Shown: positions 1-12,735, counted from the first letter of the stretch. The stretch: DNA of 64,000 nucleotides from Octopus sinensis (GCF_006345805.1 NC_043003.1:35712001-35776000), one strand, 5' to 3'. Program-made: numbers and translations. The notes: a model not told the origin generated them from the letters alone.

Positions 1-479
1 AAAAGGCCTATGGAAATATACACGGACTGATGGCCGATTAACCACTGTATGTAAACTCACAAACGGAACAGAATTCAAATTAATACCAAATAAATTCAGC
101 ACAAAATATAAAGAAATGGCAGACTAAACACATAAAAACTCTATCATTTGGTCCTATATTAAATTCCCTGCACACAATGAATTCGACGCATAAAAACTAT
201 CCAAAATAGAACAGGCAACATTCCGCATCACCAGACATTAAAAAAAGCAGTCGGGATTCGATAAATATGATGAAAATAAAGATAATATCCTAATGTAAGA
301 TCTGCTGAGAAGTAATCCCAGTCTAAAAATAACTTTGATCCCAATAGACCAGTTAATTTGAGGAAATATAGTCTTGAAACCAAGCAGATATCAAACATAA
401 AAATAGAATACTTGAAATACAAATGTATGCAATGAAAATACAAGTAACAAAGAAACGCAAGCAACTAGAATAAGAACAT

Positions 480-905
480 GTAATCATCAGGAATCCAACA
501 GACGAAGACATACGTAGCACACCCTAAAGACATAAAATAACTATCAAAGTAAAAAAAAAAATGAAGCCCTAGCTTTCCTACTGAACAACTTCCGATCTAC
601 AGCAACAGGAATAAGAAGACAAGTCCTATTGAAAATGACCATAAAAAATGTTGCTTCACTGACGTATGAATTCCAACGTACGACAATATATTTCCAACAT
701 ATATTGAGAAACTATTCAGATATAAACATCTAGATATAGAGTATGGGGAATAAAAATAAACAATCCCCATCATAATAGGTGCCTCGGGAATGATGAAAAA
801 GATATACAAACATGTAACCAAATCACCAAGACTTACACTTCGACAGACCTATAGAAAATATCACTCCAAGGCATTAGATATATTAGTATACAGAATATGT
901 TCAAT
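480..905 (+). mobile_element. Degenerate 3' end (restriction-like endonuclease domain) of an R4/Dong/NeSL-type non-LTR retrotransposon
   Basis: Hand translation from ~598 gives YSNRNKKTSPIENDHKKCCFTDV*IPTYDNIFPTYIEKLFRYKHLDIE...TIPIIIGASGMMKK. This matches the NRPDIVxxD...C.LIDVSIP.D.N....EKL.KYKDL...IPIIIGALG pattern of REL-type LINE C-termini, with stops. Sequence upstream to base 1 is probably the same element. Confidence 0.65.
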
Positions 906-1129
906 ATACAATAAAGGTAAAATATAAAAACAGTGTACGGTTATTTGCTGAAAACCCACAATGAAAATATGACTGCTGAAATATTTTTTTTTTTCCTTTT
1001 TTTAGCTGTTGTAAACGGCCTCATGAAAGTGGAACGGTTTATAAAAAATTATTGGAAACGAAGTGTGTACCATGCATACATGCATGAATACACACACACG
1101 CACACACCACACACGTGAATACACGTATG

Positions 1130-1159
1130 CATACATACAAACATACATACATACATACA

Positions 1160-1193
<34 letters not shown>

Positions 1194-1198
1194 CATAC

Positions 1199-1247
<49 letters not shown>
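1130..1247. repeat. (CATA)n followed by (TA)n microsatellite
   Basis: Read directly; explains the MYVC/HTYI ORFs in the track. Confidence 0.95.
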
Positions 1248-1251
<4 letters not shown>

Positions 1252-1509
1252 TTTAACAATTAAGGATAACCTCTTAATAAGGGATCTTAACAAGAAATTA
1301 TCGGGTAGTTAGCGTGAAAACCTCATAAAAGAAAAGAATTCGAAAATAATTTTTTTCTTTTGAACAAATTAATTATATCTATATTGTATAGAGGGCATTA
1401 TTACACATAAATGCCTCACACTAAGAGGGACAAAGTCATTACTACCAAAATTATACTAATCATACCTAAATGCAGTTTTTCAAAGCAAGACATTTAAAAA
1501 AATGAATTT

Positions 1510-1567
1510 AGTTCTGTATCACCGTGATTCCACATTCAACTTACGTCTTATGATCCTCAGCAGAACT
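1510..1567 (-). ncRNA. Type-I hammerhead ribozyme motif, family A, with core substitution (GAAA to GGAA)
   Basis: Reverse complement of the 2116-2173 motif except C at 1530, which changes A13 to G; probably inactive. Confidence 0.6.
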
Positions 1568-2115
1568 GATTCTGAACACATCATAAATAAACTACCAACC
1601 TTACGTAGCGAAGACGAACAGACAACTGCTCACTCCGGCCAAGCACATGGAATGTTTATAAATCATATATCCGGTAAATGGCGGGCTTTTTACGAACTGC
1701 ATGTCGGGTAATAAAAATGTCGGGTAATAAAAATAAATATGATTAGTATAATTTTGATAGTAATGACTTTGTCCCTCTTAGTGTGAGGCATTTATGTGTA
1801 ATAATGCCCTCTATACAATATAGATATAATTAATTTGTTCAAAAGAAAAAAAATATTTTCGAATTCTTTTCTTTTATGAGGTTTTCACGCTAACTACCCG
1901 ATAATTTCTTGTTAAGATCCCTTATTAAGGGGTTATCCTTAATTGTTAAACTTATTCCGAAATACTTTTTATTACCCGACATGCAGTTCGTAAAAAGCCC
2001 GCCATTTACCGGATATATGATTTATAAACATTCCATGTGCTTGGCCGGAGTGAGCAGTTGTCTGTTCGTCTTCGCTACGTAAGGTTGGTAGTTTATTTAT
2101 GATGTGTTCAGAATC

Positions 2116-2173
2116 AGTTCTGCTGAGGATCATAAGACGTAAGTTGAATGTGAAATCACGGTGATACAGAACT
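2116..2173 (+). ncRNA. Type-I hammerhead ribozyme motif, family A
   Basis: agttctg-CTGAGGA-t-cat-aa-gac-GTAA-gtt-ga-atg-t-GAA-atcac-g-gtgat-A-cagaact: 7-bp helix I, complete CUGANGA and GAAA core, helix III with 1-nt loop, AUA cleavage triplet (cut after 2166). Confidence 0.8.
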
Positions 2174-2344
2174 AAATTCATTTTAAATGTCTTGCTTTGA
2201 AAAACTGCATTTAGGTATGATTAGTATAATTTTGGTAGTAATGACTTTGTCCCTCTTAGTGTGAGGCATTTATGTGTAATAATGCCCTCTATACAATATA
2301 TATATATATATATATATATTTCAATGCGTACATACATACATAAA

Positions 2345-3202
2345 TAGGAGGTGCGTTTAAGAAGTATCAGACTTGTTTTCTTCGCCAAAATTAATGCTGT
2401 GTGGGCCAAATCCTTTAGGTTGTAGGTGACTCCTCTCTCTCTCTGTGCTTCCACGAAAACTTTTGCGTTGGTAAACTGCATCAGTTCCTGATTGTTACGC
2501 CTAGGGAACAGAAGACATTTCCGCACTAGTCAGATTTTCGTTATCTTGCAAGAGGAACGAACGCATCGAGCAGAGATCATAAACCCATGTCTCATCACCA
2601 CGTCCATTTCCATACGGGATTGCATTTGCTAGTCCACTAGCACATTGGGAACGGATTTCGCTGATGCTCTCTGCGCGCACAAATCCTTCGTTAACATGGA
2701 ATCCACTGATCCTGTGCTTATTCCCACTTTGTGATCAATTTCTTTGATTGTTACACAACGTTATTCCATGACTATTCACCGAACATTCTCGATAGACTCC
2801 TCATTTCGGCTTGTGCACAGGTTATTTGAGCGTGTCTACCTCTCCATTGAAGTACAGCTATATTTGGAGTGCTCGTACCATTCCTTGATCTCAGTTTTAA
2901 CCGTATCATCATTGCCAAATGCTAGTTGAAAGTTCTGGATAGTTGGAGCTTAAGGATCACAACGCTTTGTACTAAATTTGATGCAAAGTCTCTGCCCAGT
3001 GCGTTCGGAGAAAACGAAAGGCTGACGAGCGAGCATTAGACATCTGTTCGCCAGGCGTAACAGCCTGGAACACGGCCTACTGGCGCGAAAAATTTCACGC
3101 ATGCAAGGGAAAGGTGGCGTGACCATCCAGCAAAAGATTTTGCTCACACAGGTTTAGTTTTAGCGTAAATATAAAATCGAGTACTTTTGAACGCACATCG
3201 TA
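2345..3202 (-). mobile_element. Internally deleted mariner DNA transposon
   Basis: TIRs taggaggtgcgtttaagaagtatc (2345) and gagtacttttgaacgcacatcgta (ends 3202) with TA ends. The minus strand reads ERTGQRLCIKF...AFGNDD..KEWYEH...VTIKEIDHKVGISTGSV..MLTKDL...GDETWVYD with stops; most of the catalytic domain is missing. Confidence 0.85.
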
Positions 3203-3481
3203 CATACATACAGACAGATAGACAGACAGACAGACAGATATATACATTCATACATATATACATATATGTACAGCTATGTTTACATATATATATATATATG
3301 TATGTAATAATAAATATTAGGGAATGAATCCAAAATTACAGGGAAAGATCAGATTTAGGGTTAAATCCAATTTTATAGTAAAATATTATATAATATAATT
3401 CGAGACAAAACCACTATTTTAAAACCAAACAAGGAAAGACTTAATCAATACATAAAATTTTAATATAAATTAAATAAACCG

Positions 3482-3524
3482 CCACTACAAATGTTTCATG
3501 TCTGCTCCGACAATCTTCAGGTGG
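3482..3524 (-). ncRNA. Type-I hammerhead ribozyme motif, family C (left arm)
   Basis: Exact reverse complement of 3741-3783. Confidence 0.75.
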
Positions 3525-3740
3525 ATTTTCGATCTAAAAATAGCAATATTTTAAAATATAATTTAAAATAATTTAAAATAATAAAACAATAAAATTATCA
3601 ATAAAAAAATAAAAATATAATCTATATATAATCTATATATAATCTATATATAATCAATATATTATCTAAAATAATCTAAAATAAACCCTATAATTATTTT
3701 AAATTATATTTTAAAATATTGCTATATTTAGATCGAAAAT

Positions 3741-3783
3741 CCACCTGAAGATTGTCGGAGCAGACATGAAACATTTGTAGTGG
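3741..3783 (+). ncRNA. Type-I hammerhead ribozyme motif, family C (right arm)
   Basis: ccac-CTGAAGA-t-tgtc-ggagca-gaca-t-GAA-aca-tt-tgt-A-gtgg; GUA cleavage triplet. Confidence 0.75.
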
Positions 3784-4199
3784 CGGTTTATTTGATTTAT
3801 ATTAAAATTTTATGTATTGATTAAGTCTTTCCTTGTTTGGTTTTAAAATAGTGGTTTTGTCTCGAATTATATTATATATATGTATGTATATACTTGTATA
3901 TATGTATATGCGTGTGTATGTATGTACGTTTATATACATCTTTATGTGTTTTGAGGTTTCACATTTAGAAACATAAAATATTCCAGTGATACATAAATGA
4001 ACGGATAATCAGACACGTGTTATTCATCCATTCAATCTGCATTTACTAGACCACATCCGTGTCCAAACCTATGCTCACGAAAAAGTTTCAATTATTTCGG
4101 ACAAATGAAGACGGTGGAAATAACAGTTTGATATAGATCTACATGTCAGTAATGTTATGGCACATAATGAGTGTGTGGGGGAAGTTTCTGTACTCTCTG

Positions 4200-5150
4200 A
4201 TAATCATGGACAGGAAAGACTGACCCAACTCCTCACCTCCAAAAGCTTGTTCCAGACCAATGATGACCCATGACTTGCCCCATCAGATCAGACAAATCTG
4301 GAAATTATAAATAATGTTTCTCTCGAAACAACTTCGAGGCAAATTAATCAGCTTTTCTTGTATCCCCTTTAGTGTTATCGCGGACGTTTTGTCCACTAGT
4401 AAAATCGTGAGTATAGGCTGCATTCTAGATTGCAAATGTCCGACCTTGCTTTTACAATGATATACAATTACAGTTTCATCCAAGAGACGAGCTATAGAAA
4501 ATTATGCTTCATAAACAGCGGGCACATCTTCTCACCGTCTAGATGTAGTTGGAAACGCCACAGACTTAGTGCAAGGTTGAACTTCATTAGCCGAAGAATA
4601 TTTTGACAAAAGATAGAACTTCAGAGTACGACAATTTAAAGAGCAACAACTCCAATCAGAAGAGATATAGGCTAATTGTAAAATATGACGCAGACAATGC
4701 ACGCATTACCTACGTTTGTTCGACATTTCAAAGAAAACTGACAGTCGTAACCTCATCCTATGTCATATCCCTTTGCAATTTCAGGCCAGCAGAACACTTG
4801 ATTAGTTCATGTGATAGCTGATTTCAAAGGAATTGCAGCCAGTAGAATGAGACAATTGACTTTATCATCTCTTACTGCATATTCCTCGCCAAGCCAGTGT
4901 ATACATATATATTAATGGAGAAGACGGAGCCAGCAGCTATATCCGCCAGCAGCTCTATACACCTTTGAACGTGAAAACGATTAGGTGGTATAGACATGAT
5001 ACATTACTGGGACCCACCGACAATTGTCAGATCACTTGAGACCAAAATTTAGCACGCATGGAATTAGAGAAACTGAGAATGTGCAAGTGTTACACATCAT
5101 GTGATCAGAATATTCTACATTTTCCAGTTATAGGGATGAAACAGAGGCTT
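4200..5150 (+). mobile_element. Possible highly degenerate Gypsy-type integrase fragment
   Basis: Only a short motif, DHLRPKFSTHGIRE (~5030-5075), resembles the integrase HLKxxFARHGIPE motif; frames are broken. Confidence 0.25.
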
Positions 5151-5484
5151 CATCAAGAAAATATGTTGCTCAGAATGAGCTCAGTTTGCTGTTTTTTAAG
5201 CTATGCTTGAAAAACTTGATTTAGTTGGTATGTGATGCGGTTTTGTTGTACCTTCATACACGACTTTTTATTTTAACAAAATCATACGGGCTGAATTTGC
5301 GCTCGAAATGAAGTATTGCAATCAAAATGCAGCGCAGATAGCATTATGTCGGTGGATCTCAAGAACTACTTACGTATTTCTTAAGCATTGTATAAAGATT
5401 TCATACGTAGAGAAATTCAGACACACAGACAAGCATGCACACACACACACGCGTGCACAAGAGCGCACACGGGCACGCGCATAC

Positions 5485-5489
5485 ACACA

Positions 5490-5560
<71 letters not shown>
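5485..5560. repeat. (CA)n microsatellite
   Basis: Read directly. Confidence 0.95.
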
Positions 5561-5563
<3 letters not shown>

Positions 5564-6124
5564 TTTCTGTGTGTGTATGCATTACTTTAATATTTATTTA
5601 GTCACTAAATACAAGAGACCAAAAGAATATCATTAGCTTGAACCTGACTGTACTGAATAATAATTGAAGATATATGAATCATAAACATCGTGTCTTTTTT
5701 TAATACCTCTCCATGGACAACATAATCCAATGTAGTCTTGTTTTAAAATGATTTGGTGCGAATGTAGAAAAAAAACAGTTTTAAAATATTTTAACATATA
5801 TACTGTTGTGGTCTTTGCTACTGCTGCTGCTGCTATTCTTTTGCTCTAGATCAACCATAATTGATCAAAGGAATTCCAAATTTGTCTAGAATAAAGATTC
5901 AACTCTTATCATTTCGTCAAAAGCAACAAAAATGGCCACTTCTGGTGAAGAAAAAAAAAGAAACAGAATAATAATTCAAAGAGTATAATACAACTCATAG
6001 CTAAAACCAGATACCGTCTTTTAAAAATTAAAACAGTCACTTACAACTATGTTGAGAAACGCCACCTGTTATAACCTAGACGTGCTACCTTCTTGAACAT
6101 TTTTCATTTTTTAAACATTTCATG

Positions 6125-6129
<5 letters not shown>

Positions 6130-6195
<66 letters not shown>

Positions 6196-6203
6196 CATTA
6201 TTA

Positions 6204-6274
<71 letters not shown>

Positions 6275-6300
6275 GCATCATCATCATCATCATCATTATT
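6130..6300. repeat. (TTA)n/(TCA)n microsatellite at the 5' flank of the Tx1-like LINE
   Basis: Read directly. Confidence 0.95.
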
Positions 6301-8730
6301 ATCCCCACTCGAATGGAGTAGACTTAAGGGTGAATATGGAGGGCAGAAGGCCGAGGTCCCACGCTTGCGTCTCAACGGGCCACTTACAGTTTTTCTGCCC
6401 ACAGAACCAGAGCAGAAATGCAGAAAGAAATATCCAAACGAAAACACTACAACCCATGAGTTGACAAAAATAACAAACACAACAACAACAACAACAACAA
6501 CAGAAAGGCAGGGGAACAAAAACAGAAATTGAACCCAAGGAGACAAAACTGATAGGTGTTACAGTAAGGGTGGCTGTGGGATTAGCACCAGCAGCAGTGA
6601 TGGAAGCTACAGTAGCAGGAGCAACAACAACAACAACAAGAAAACCTGAACAAACACAACTAGAAGAAAACATACAAGACACGGACTCTTCTACGCATCC
6701 AAGTGATGATGGAGGAAGCCCAAAAGACAGAAAAAAAAACAAAGAAAGACACACAGACAAAAGGGAGAAATCCAAGAAACGGCAAACACAGACACACTGA
6801 TGACAACACCAAAACTACACGCACCACAATCACCAACACCATCAAAAACACCCTCAACAAAATCAAGAACACAACAAATTTTAAAAAGTAAAATGTCACT
6901 ACAACAGGTGAAGAGGTCCAATGAAAAGCTGATGGCTCTCACAGCACAAAATGAGAACATTGAATCAGAGAGAGTGATCTGCAAACCCAACACTTTTATA
7001 GCACCGGATAGCCTAACGATGGTGTGAATGACATTAGAGATTTATACGAGCATTAAGCGGAGCTACTCGTATGACACTGGATCTCCCAGTTTAGCGACCA
7101 GTAGATAGTTTTTAAGAGGGTTTCCTGAGGAACCCAACAAAATAGACAGGTTGGGAGAACCACTCGACTACAAACAGCACCAAGAGGATAAGTGACACTC
7201 CCTTTTTCCTTTCCTTATATCCTGGCCAGCATTGTGGTTCTTAAAGTAGAATGTATATATGTACGTGGCCTGGGATCATTGTGGAAGCAAGGAGGCTTGC
7301 GCAACGACCTCAAGTAGCTAAGTTTGGATGTAATAGCCATCAGTGAGACCAGGATCGCCTCGGCTCCCATTTTCAATGATTGAGATTTTCGCATGTCTTA
7401 GTCGACCGGAAATGGAGTGTAGGGTGGCAGTGTTGTTCAGACAAGGCCTGGATCTTGAGATACGCTCGATTTTCCTGGGCCCGGAAGGTAAGTCGATTGC
7501 CCTGGACGTGAACGATAACAAAGGCAGTGCTTTTAGACTGGTCGCAGTGTACGCACTGAATGGAGCGGGGTAGCCGGAGTTCTTTAGACGCCTGGAGGCC
7601 TTTATGTAGCTACTGACAGCAGAATGGGAGAATTCCTACTTTTTTCTATCGGGAGGCGCTGTCATGCACTGAGGTTGCTGCATCTCCGGGTTTTTCTTGA
7701 CAGTGAGCATTGTGTGGTCGCTGTTTGTCAGGCACGTTTTTCCACAGCTAGTCTCTTTGAGTGAACTGCAAAGCTGTATTAGGCATAGACTCAGGAGGGG
7801 CGCTTGGCACCTCGGGTGTTATCAAACACTCACATCCCTCTGCCAGGCAGGCAATGCAGTCGGTGATAGTTCCACTCTTATAGAAGACTAGTGGAGGGAA
7901 AGTGAGACGACGTTCTCGGGGAAACTCTTGTTGTCGATGAAGATCAACTAACCGGTCTGTTTCGGAGAACTTTCGGGCCTGGACCAATAGATAACTTCCA
8001 GAAATCCCTTGCCTAGCAGTGCTTCCGAGGTGCGCTGCCTGTTCAAGATAAACTTTACAGGCACGAAGGTGCCATCAGCCGGGTCTGCCCGAATTGTGCG
8101 CAGAGCAATGAAAATGTTCTACACGCCATCGTCCTGTGTCCAAATATTGCTGACCTGCGTGTTTATGTCCATCACTTGCTGTCGCGTGTAGGACGGATCC
8201 GGCTATTACCTGAATCCATTGTGAAGATTGTCTCGCCACCCTCTTTTTGGCCGGGTGGGGCAGGCAATTTTTATTTGTCTAGTGGCTGTAGCGGAAGAGG
8301 TAGTATAGTGGACCCGTCTGAAAGGGCTACAGACAGATACCTCTTTGGTCAAGCCTACATCAACGTTTTTAAGTCTCACTTGAAAAGGAAGTTGAGGGTG
8401 GAGAGGGAAGTGTTGCTTTCTAGCAAGTTTGCTGAAAGGTGGGTGAACGTTGGAAGAATGGCCAGTGTGAAAGGACCAATTCTGAGCATACAGCTGTAAG
8501 AAATAAACGATGGGCTCTTGCCCTATTGATCAGGCACCTGAGGCTTTTGTGGGGTTTTCCATGAAGACCTTAAAGCGCCTCACCTATTGGGAGTTCTCAT
8601 TTGTTTAATTTGTCGTTGTTATATCTATTGTTAACACGCTGTAAGACCTGCTTTTGTATTTTATGTTGTTGCATGTCATTTAATGTTGTTTTATGTGAGC
8701 CCTTGTAGCTAATAAAAGAATTGATTATTA
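6301..8730 (+). mobile_element. Tx1/L1-clade LINE with ORF1 knuckle, partial endonuclease and C-terminal domain but no RT (internal deletion near 7610)
   Basis: ORF1 knuckle-like HACVSTGHLQFFCP (~6360-6400). APE endonuclease LKVECIYVRGL...DVIAISETR...RVAVLFRQGLDLEIRSIFLGPEGK..LDVND..G.AFRLVAVYA (7240-7590). This joins directly to post-RT sequence ...RHALRLLHL... and the zf-RVT-like GALPVQDKLYRHEGAISRVCPNCAQSNENVLHAIVLCP (~8020-8150). aataaa at 8711. Confidence 0.8.
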
Positions 8731-8771
8731 TTGTTGTTGCTGTTGTTGTTATTGTTATTGCCCTTATTATA

Positions 8772-9150
8772 GAGGTAGTGGCCTGGCAAAATGCGTAGCG
8801 GTATTTCGTCTGCCGTTACGTTCTGAATTCAAATTCCACCGAGGTCGACTTTGCCTTTCATCCTTTCGGGGTAGATTAAATAAGTACCAGTTACGCACTG
8901 GGGTCAATATAATCGACTTAACCTGTTTGTCTCTCCGTGTTTGTCCTCTCTGTGTTTAGTGGGTAGTAAAGAAATAAGTATTTCAATTTTTAACGTTGTG
9001 AGTTCAAATTCCACTGAGATCGAATTTGCCTTTTTATCATTTCAGGATCGATAAAACAAGTTCGAATTAAGTATTTGAGACGATGTAATAGACTAGTCCC
9101 CTCCCCACAAATTACAGTCCTTGTGCCTACAGTAGAAAGGGTCATTATTT
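8772..9150 (+). mobile_element. Two adjacent tRNA-derived SINEs (family 1)
   Basis: B-box-like g(a)gttcaaattcc followed by the conserved gtcgactttgcctttcatcctttcggggt...aagtaccag body; copies at ~8772-8984 and ~8990-9150. Confidence 0.85.
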
Positions 9151-9854
9151 TTATTTTTGTAAGGGTCGGTCACGAAATGAAACAGAACTATCTCCTTTTC
9201 CTAGCCGGACTAGTGTTAAGTATCGGCTTGCTCGTTCGTTTGTTCGTTCCTTTTTTTAACACGTATGTCCCTAAAACGTATTTGTTCTATTGTATATCCA
9301 TCACAAAGCCTCCGTACTCTGTTTCTTTTTCTTCCTTATTTCTTTGTATAGTTCAGCCTCTAACTCTTTCATTCTACTTATGATTTCACAACAACTTCTA
9401 TCTCATATTTCTCAGTTACGTTTATTATCTCGTTTATCCCATCCTGTAATATTTCCTTCATTTTCGCTTTTCGTGTCTTCTTTTTGCGTTTATTCTTCGA
9501 ATTCATTCAGTCTTTTATTCTGTCGTTAGGTCCATTCTTCCCTATAATTCAAACCGCTTTCCTACTGGCGCGACATCATTCAATGTTCTATACCCGTCTC
9601 TTTTATTATTTCTCAGTACTATCTTTTCATTCCCTTTGTTTTTAATCTCCATTGTCGTTGTGTCATTCCTCCCCTTCTGTTATCTCACAACTTTGTTTCA
9701 TCTTTCCCTGTCTGTTTAAATCTCGTTCTTTCTATTTATATTGTACTATTCTTACATTTATATTGCGCACGCATATTTTCAGTTTCATTATTGATGTTTT
9801 TATTTGTTGTCGTCCCCTTCAATTCGGCGTCCCTGCAGCAAATAAAAATCGTAG

Positions 9855-9948
9855 TCGTCGTTATCATCATCCTCATCGTCACAATCACCATCATCATCAT
9901 CATCATCATCATCGTCATCATCATCATCATCGTCGTTGTCGTCATCAC

Positions 9949-10004
<56 letters not shown>

Positions 10005-10425
10005 CCACCACCACCACCACTATCATCATTATCAACGTCGTCATCACCATCATCAACATCATCTCCATCATCATTATCACTACCACACCAGACACACCAT
10101 TACCACCACCACTATCGCTTCCACCAACATCAACACCACCAAAACAGCCACCACAATCATAATCATCGTCATTACTACCGCCAGCAGAATCGCCCTTACC
10201 ACCACCAAGAACAACAACAACCCCAACACCAACACCGCAGAGACAAGCATCATCGGAACCACCATCACCACTGTCAAACACCATCACCATCATTAGCATC
10301 ATTATAAACGCTACCACTAACAACAGCACTAATATCAGTACCACGAACAACAGCATCACTACCACCAACGCCAACACTATCATCATCATCATCATCGTCA
10401 TCATCATCATCATCATCATCATCAT

Positions 10426-10481
<56 letters not shown>

Positions 10482-10490
10482 CCATCATCC

Positions 10491-10520
<30 letters not shown>
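9855..10520. repeat. Compound (CAT)n/(CAC)n/(CAA)n microsatellite
   Basis: Read directly; source of the poly-H/M/I/S ORFs. Confidence 0.95.
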
Positions 10521-10522
<2 letters not shown>

Positions 10523-12307
10523 GTGTTGTTGTTGATATAGTCGAAGATGTCTTCTCTTGACAATATCAGTTTTGGTAAGTAGCTATCATCATAAGTCTTT
10601 GCATATTTCTATCTGGCACCATAAGGATGCTTTTGTTTTTATTTTTACTTTGTTTTATTTTCTATTCCTTTTATACTTCTTACTCGAAAACAAGAACACC
10701 GATAAAGGCAACAGCAAAAACTTACAGCAGCAGCCGCAGCAGTGTTAAAAGAATCACCTAAACCACAGGCATCATCGTTACTAGAAACAACAACGCTTCG
10801 TCTGAAAAGAAAAAAAAACAGAAAATGAGCAACTCTATTGCCATAATACCTCACTCAAGAAAATACATCACTCAACAAAATACCTCACTCGACAACCACA
10901 TTTGCTAAACTTCCACCGATTACAACAATAATTTTATCAAATCTTATAATAAGACTATGATACAACCAATGTATGTCGAAATATAGTCATATGGTGGTGT
11001 TGTCTAGCTATACATACTCTTATCTATCCGGTTATCTATCCATGCATCCATCGATCCGTCCATTCATCCGTCCATTCATCTATCCAGTCATCCCTTTGTA
11101 TACTTCAATACATCTCTGTCCCTCCGCCGGGCAGTCGGTCAACGAACTGGTCATCTCAGCGGATGATATTAGCAGCTGTCTGTCGGCTGTCTTTGATGGA
11201 AAAATAAAAATAAAGATGAATCGACTGAAAAGAAGTAGTATGAAGCTATTCAAGTGTGAACCGCAGGCCAAACTACACCGCATGAGATGGACAGCTGATT
11301 GTGTGCCAAAGGACTGACGATCTGCAGACTCCGGCCAGCCAAAACCTGACAGTAATAGTTTTGCCCGTTAATGTTAAAAGCGGTGAAAGAGTGAACGACC
11401 GGACAAATAAGTAGCCTGGTAAATGCATAGCTGGCTGCTGCCGAAGATGTCACTGGCTTTGTCATCGTGACTACTGGCTATCATTTTTCGTTTTCATGCA
11501 TTCATCCGTCCAACCATTATGCATGTCCTGATAACGAACCTGCCTGCTTGCCTGCTTGACTGCTTGTCTGTTTCCCTGCAAGTCAGTGAAACCGGCCAGC
11601 TAGCTGGCCAACCCGCTCGCCAGTCACATAAACAACTCGGAACTTATCTTATCTAATAAACAAGTACATAGTCTATTTAAACATGGCTTTATAATGAATG
11701 AAGACACTCACACAAGTATTCACACGCGCACTCACAAACGCATATATCAATAACACTTTCATACAATACATACATGTAAATATACGTGGTGTCCAAACAT
11801 ACGTATACTTCTGAATACAGGCAACACAAAATATTGTGTACAAAATTTGTTGACGAAATAAGACGGAAGATTGTGCAAACAAAATTTACACACACACACA
11901 CACACGCCCGCATGTGCACACTCACATACATGTCAATGAGCAGTGAATATTGTGCGCTTTGTACTGACATGTGTATCTGTTTGTGAGAATATCTGTATTA
12001 ATTTTATTGATGCAGGTAAGATTGTATGGCATCATGGGATAAAAAGGAATATGATTTTAATTAATCAAAATGCTAATGGCTCATTTCAATAGCTTATATT
12101 GTAAAAGGCAGAGATTGTTTCAGGTTATATTTTTAATGATTGAATAAACAAATGGAATGTAAAATGCTCTGTCTCTTTGTCTGTTTGTAATCCCCCCTCT
12201 CTCTCTCTCACTATACTCCTCCTCCCACATACACATTAACGCACACACATACACATATCGTGAGAAACATTACCAAAGTGCTTTACGTATAACGTGTTAC
12301 TAGCTAG

Positions 12308-12453
12308 TCACAATATGAAAAGCCCTTCAATTAAACAACGAGCCAATTCTCCTATGAATCTGTTATCTACTCGAAATAGCAGATCTTCCTCTGTCCCATC
12401 ATCCCATTTCAAATACGAAAATGATATATTACATAACGTTGTCGGAGTCATCC
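12308..12453 (-). other. Candidate coding exon, product unknown
   Basis: Minus-strand acceptor ttgcaatttttttttag|GG opens a single frame, MTPTTLCNISFSYLKWDDGTEEDLLFRVDNRFIGELARCLIEGLFIL*. No recognisable family; the opposite strand is also open. Confidence 0.2.
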
Positions 12454-12624
12454 CTAAAAAAAAATTGCAAGGGTCACTGCTAGAATACATTTGAACATAG
12501 GTCACCTCGATCAGAGATTTTCTATGCCTAAACAACATCAAAAGCAACTGCAAACATATCAACAATAACAACAAATGCAACAATGATCTAACTGAACAAA
12601 GCATTAAAAAAATTATTCAGTGGC

Positions 12625-12644
12625 ATGTATATATATATATATAT

Positions 12645-12735
<91 letters not shown>

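Larger units (their letters stand above)
1248..2298. mobile_element. Penelope pseudo-LTR / retrozyme-like element, family A: inverted arm plus 478-bp tandem monomer
   Basis: 1248-1716 is the reverse complement of sequence in 1738-2298. tatgattagtataattttg recurs at 1738 and 2216 (period 478). A 16-bp duplication (atgtcgggtaataaaa x2, 1701-1732) sits at the inversion junction. Both outer ends abut (TA)n. Confidence 0.8.
3305..3875. mobile_element. Palindromic Penelope-type terminal repeat element, family C
   Basis: ~3390-3575 and ~3695-3875 are inverted copies around an AT-rich spacer. Each arm carries an HHR motif, and both flanks are (TA)/(TATG) repeats. Confidence 0.75.

Noticed and set aside
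1502-1711. 69-71 aa ORF MNLVLYHRD... present three times (1502, 1972, 56152)
   Set aside because: It is antisense to the HHR and recurs only because the repeat is near-identical. The homologous family B position gives only a 16-codon frame, so it is not a conserved protein.
12000-12025. Recursive splice site-like CAG|GTAAG
   Set aside because: The polypyrimidine tract is poor and no host gene orientation is established.
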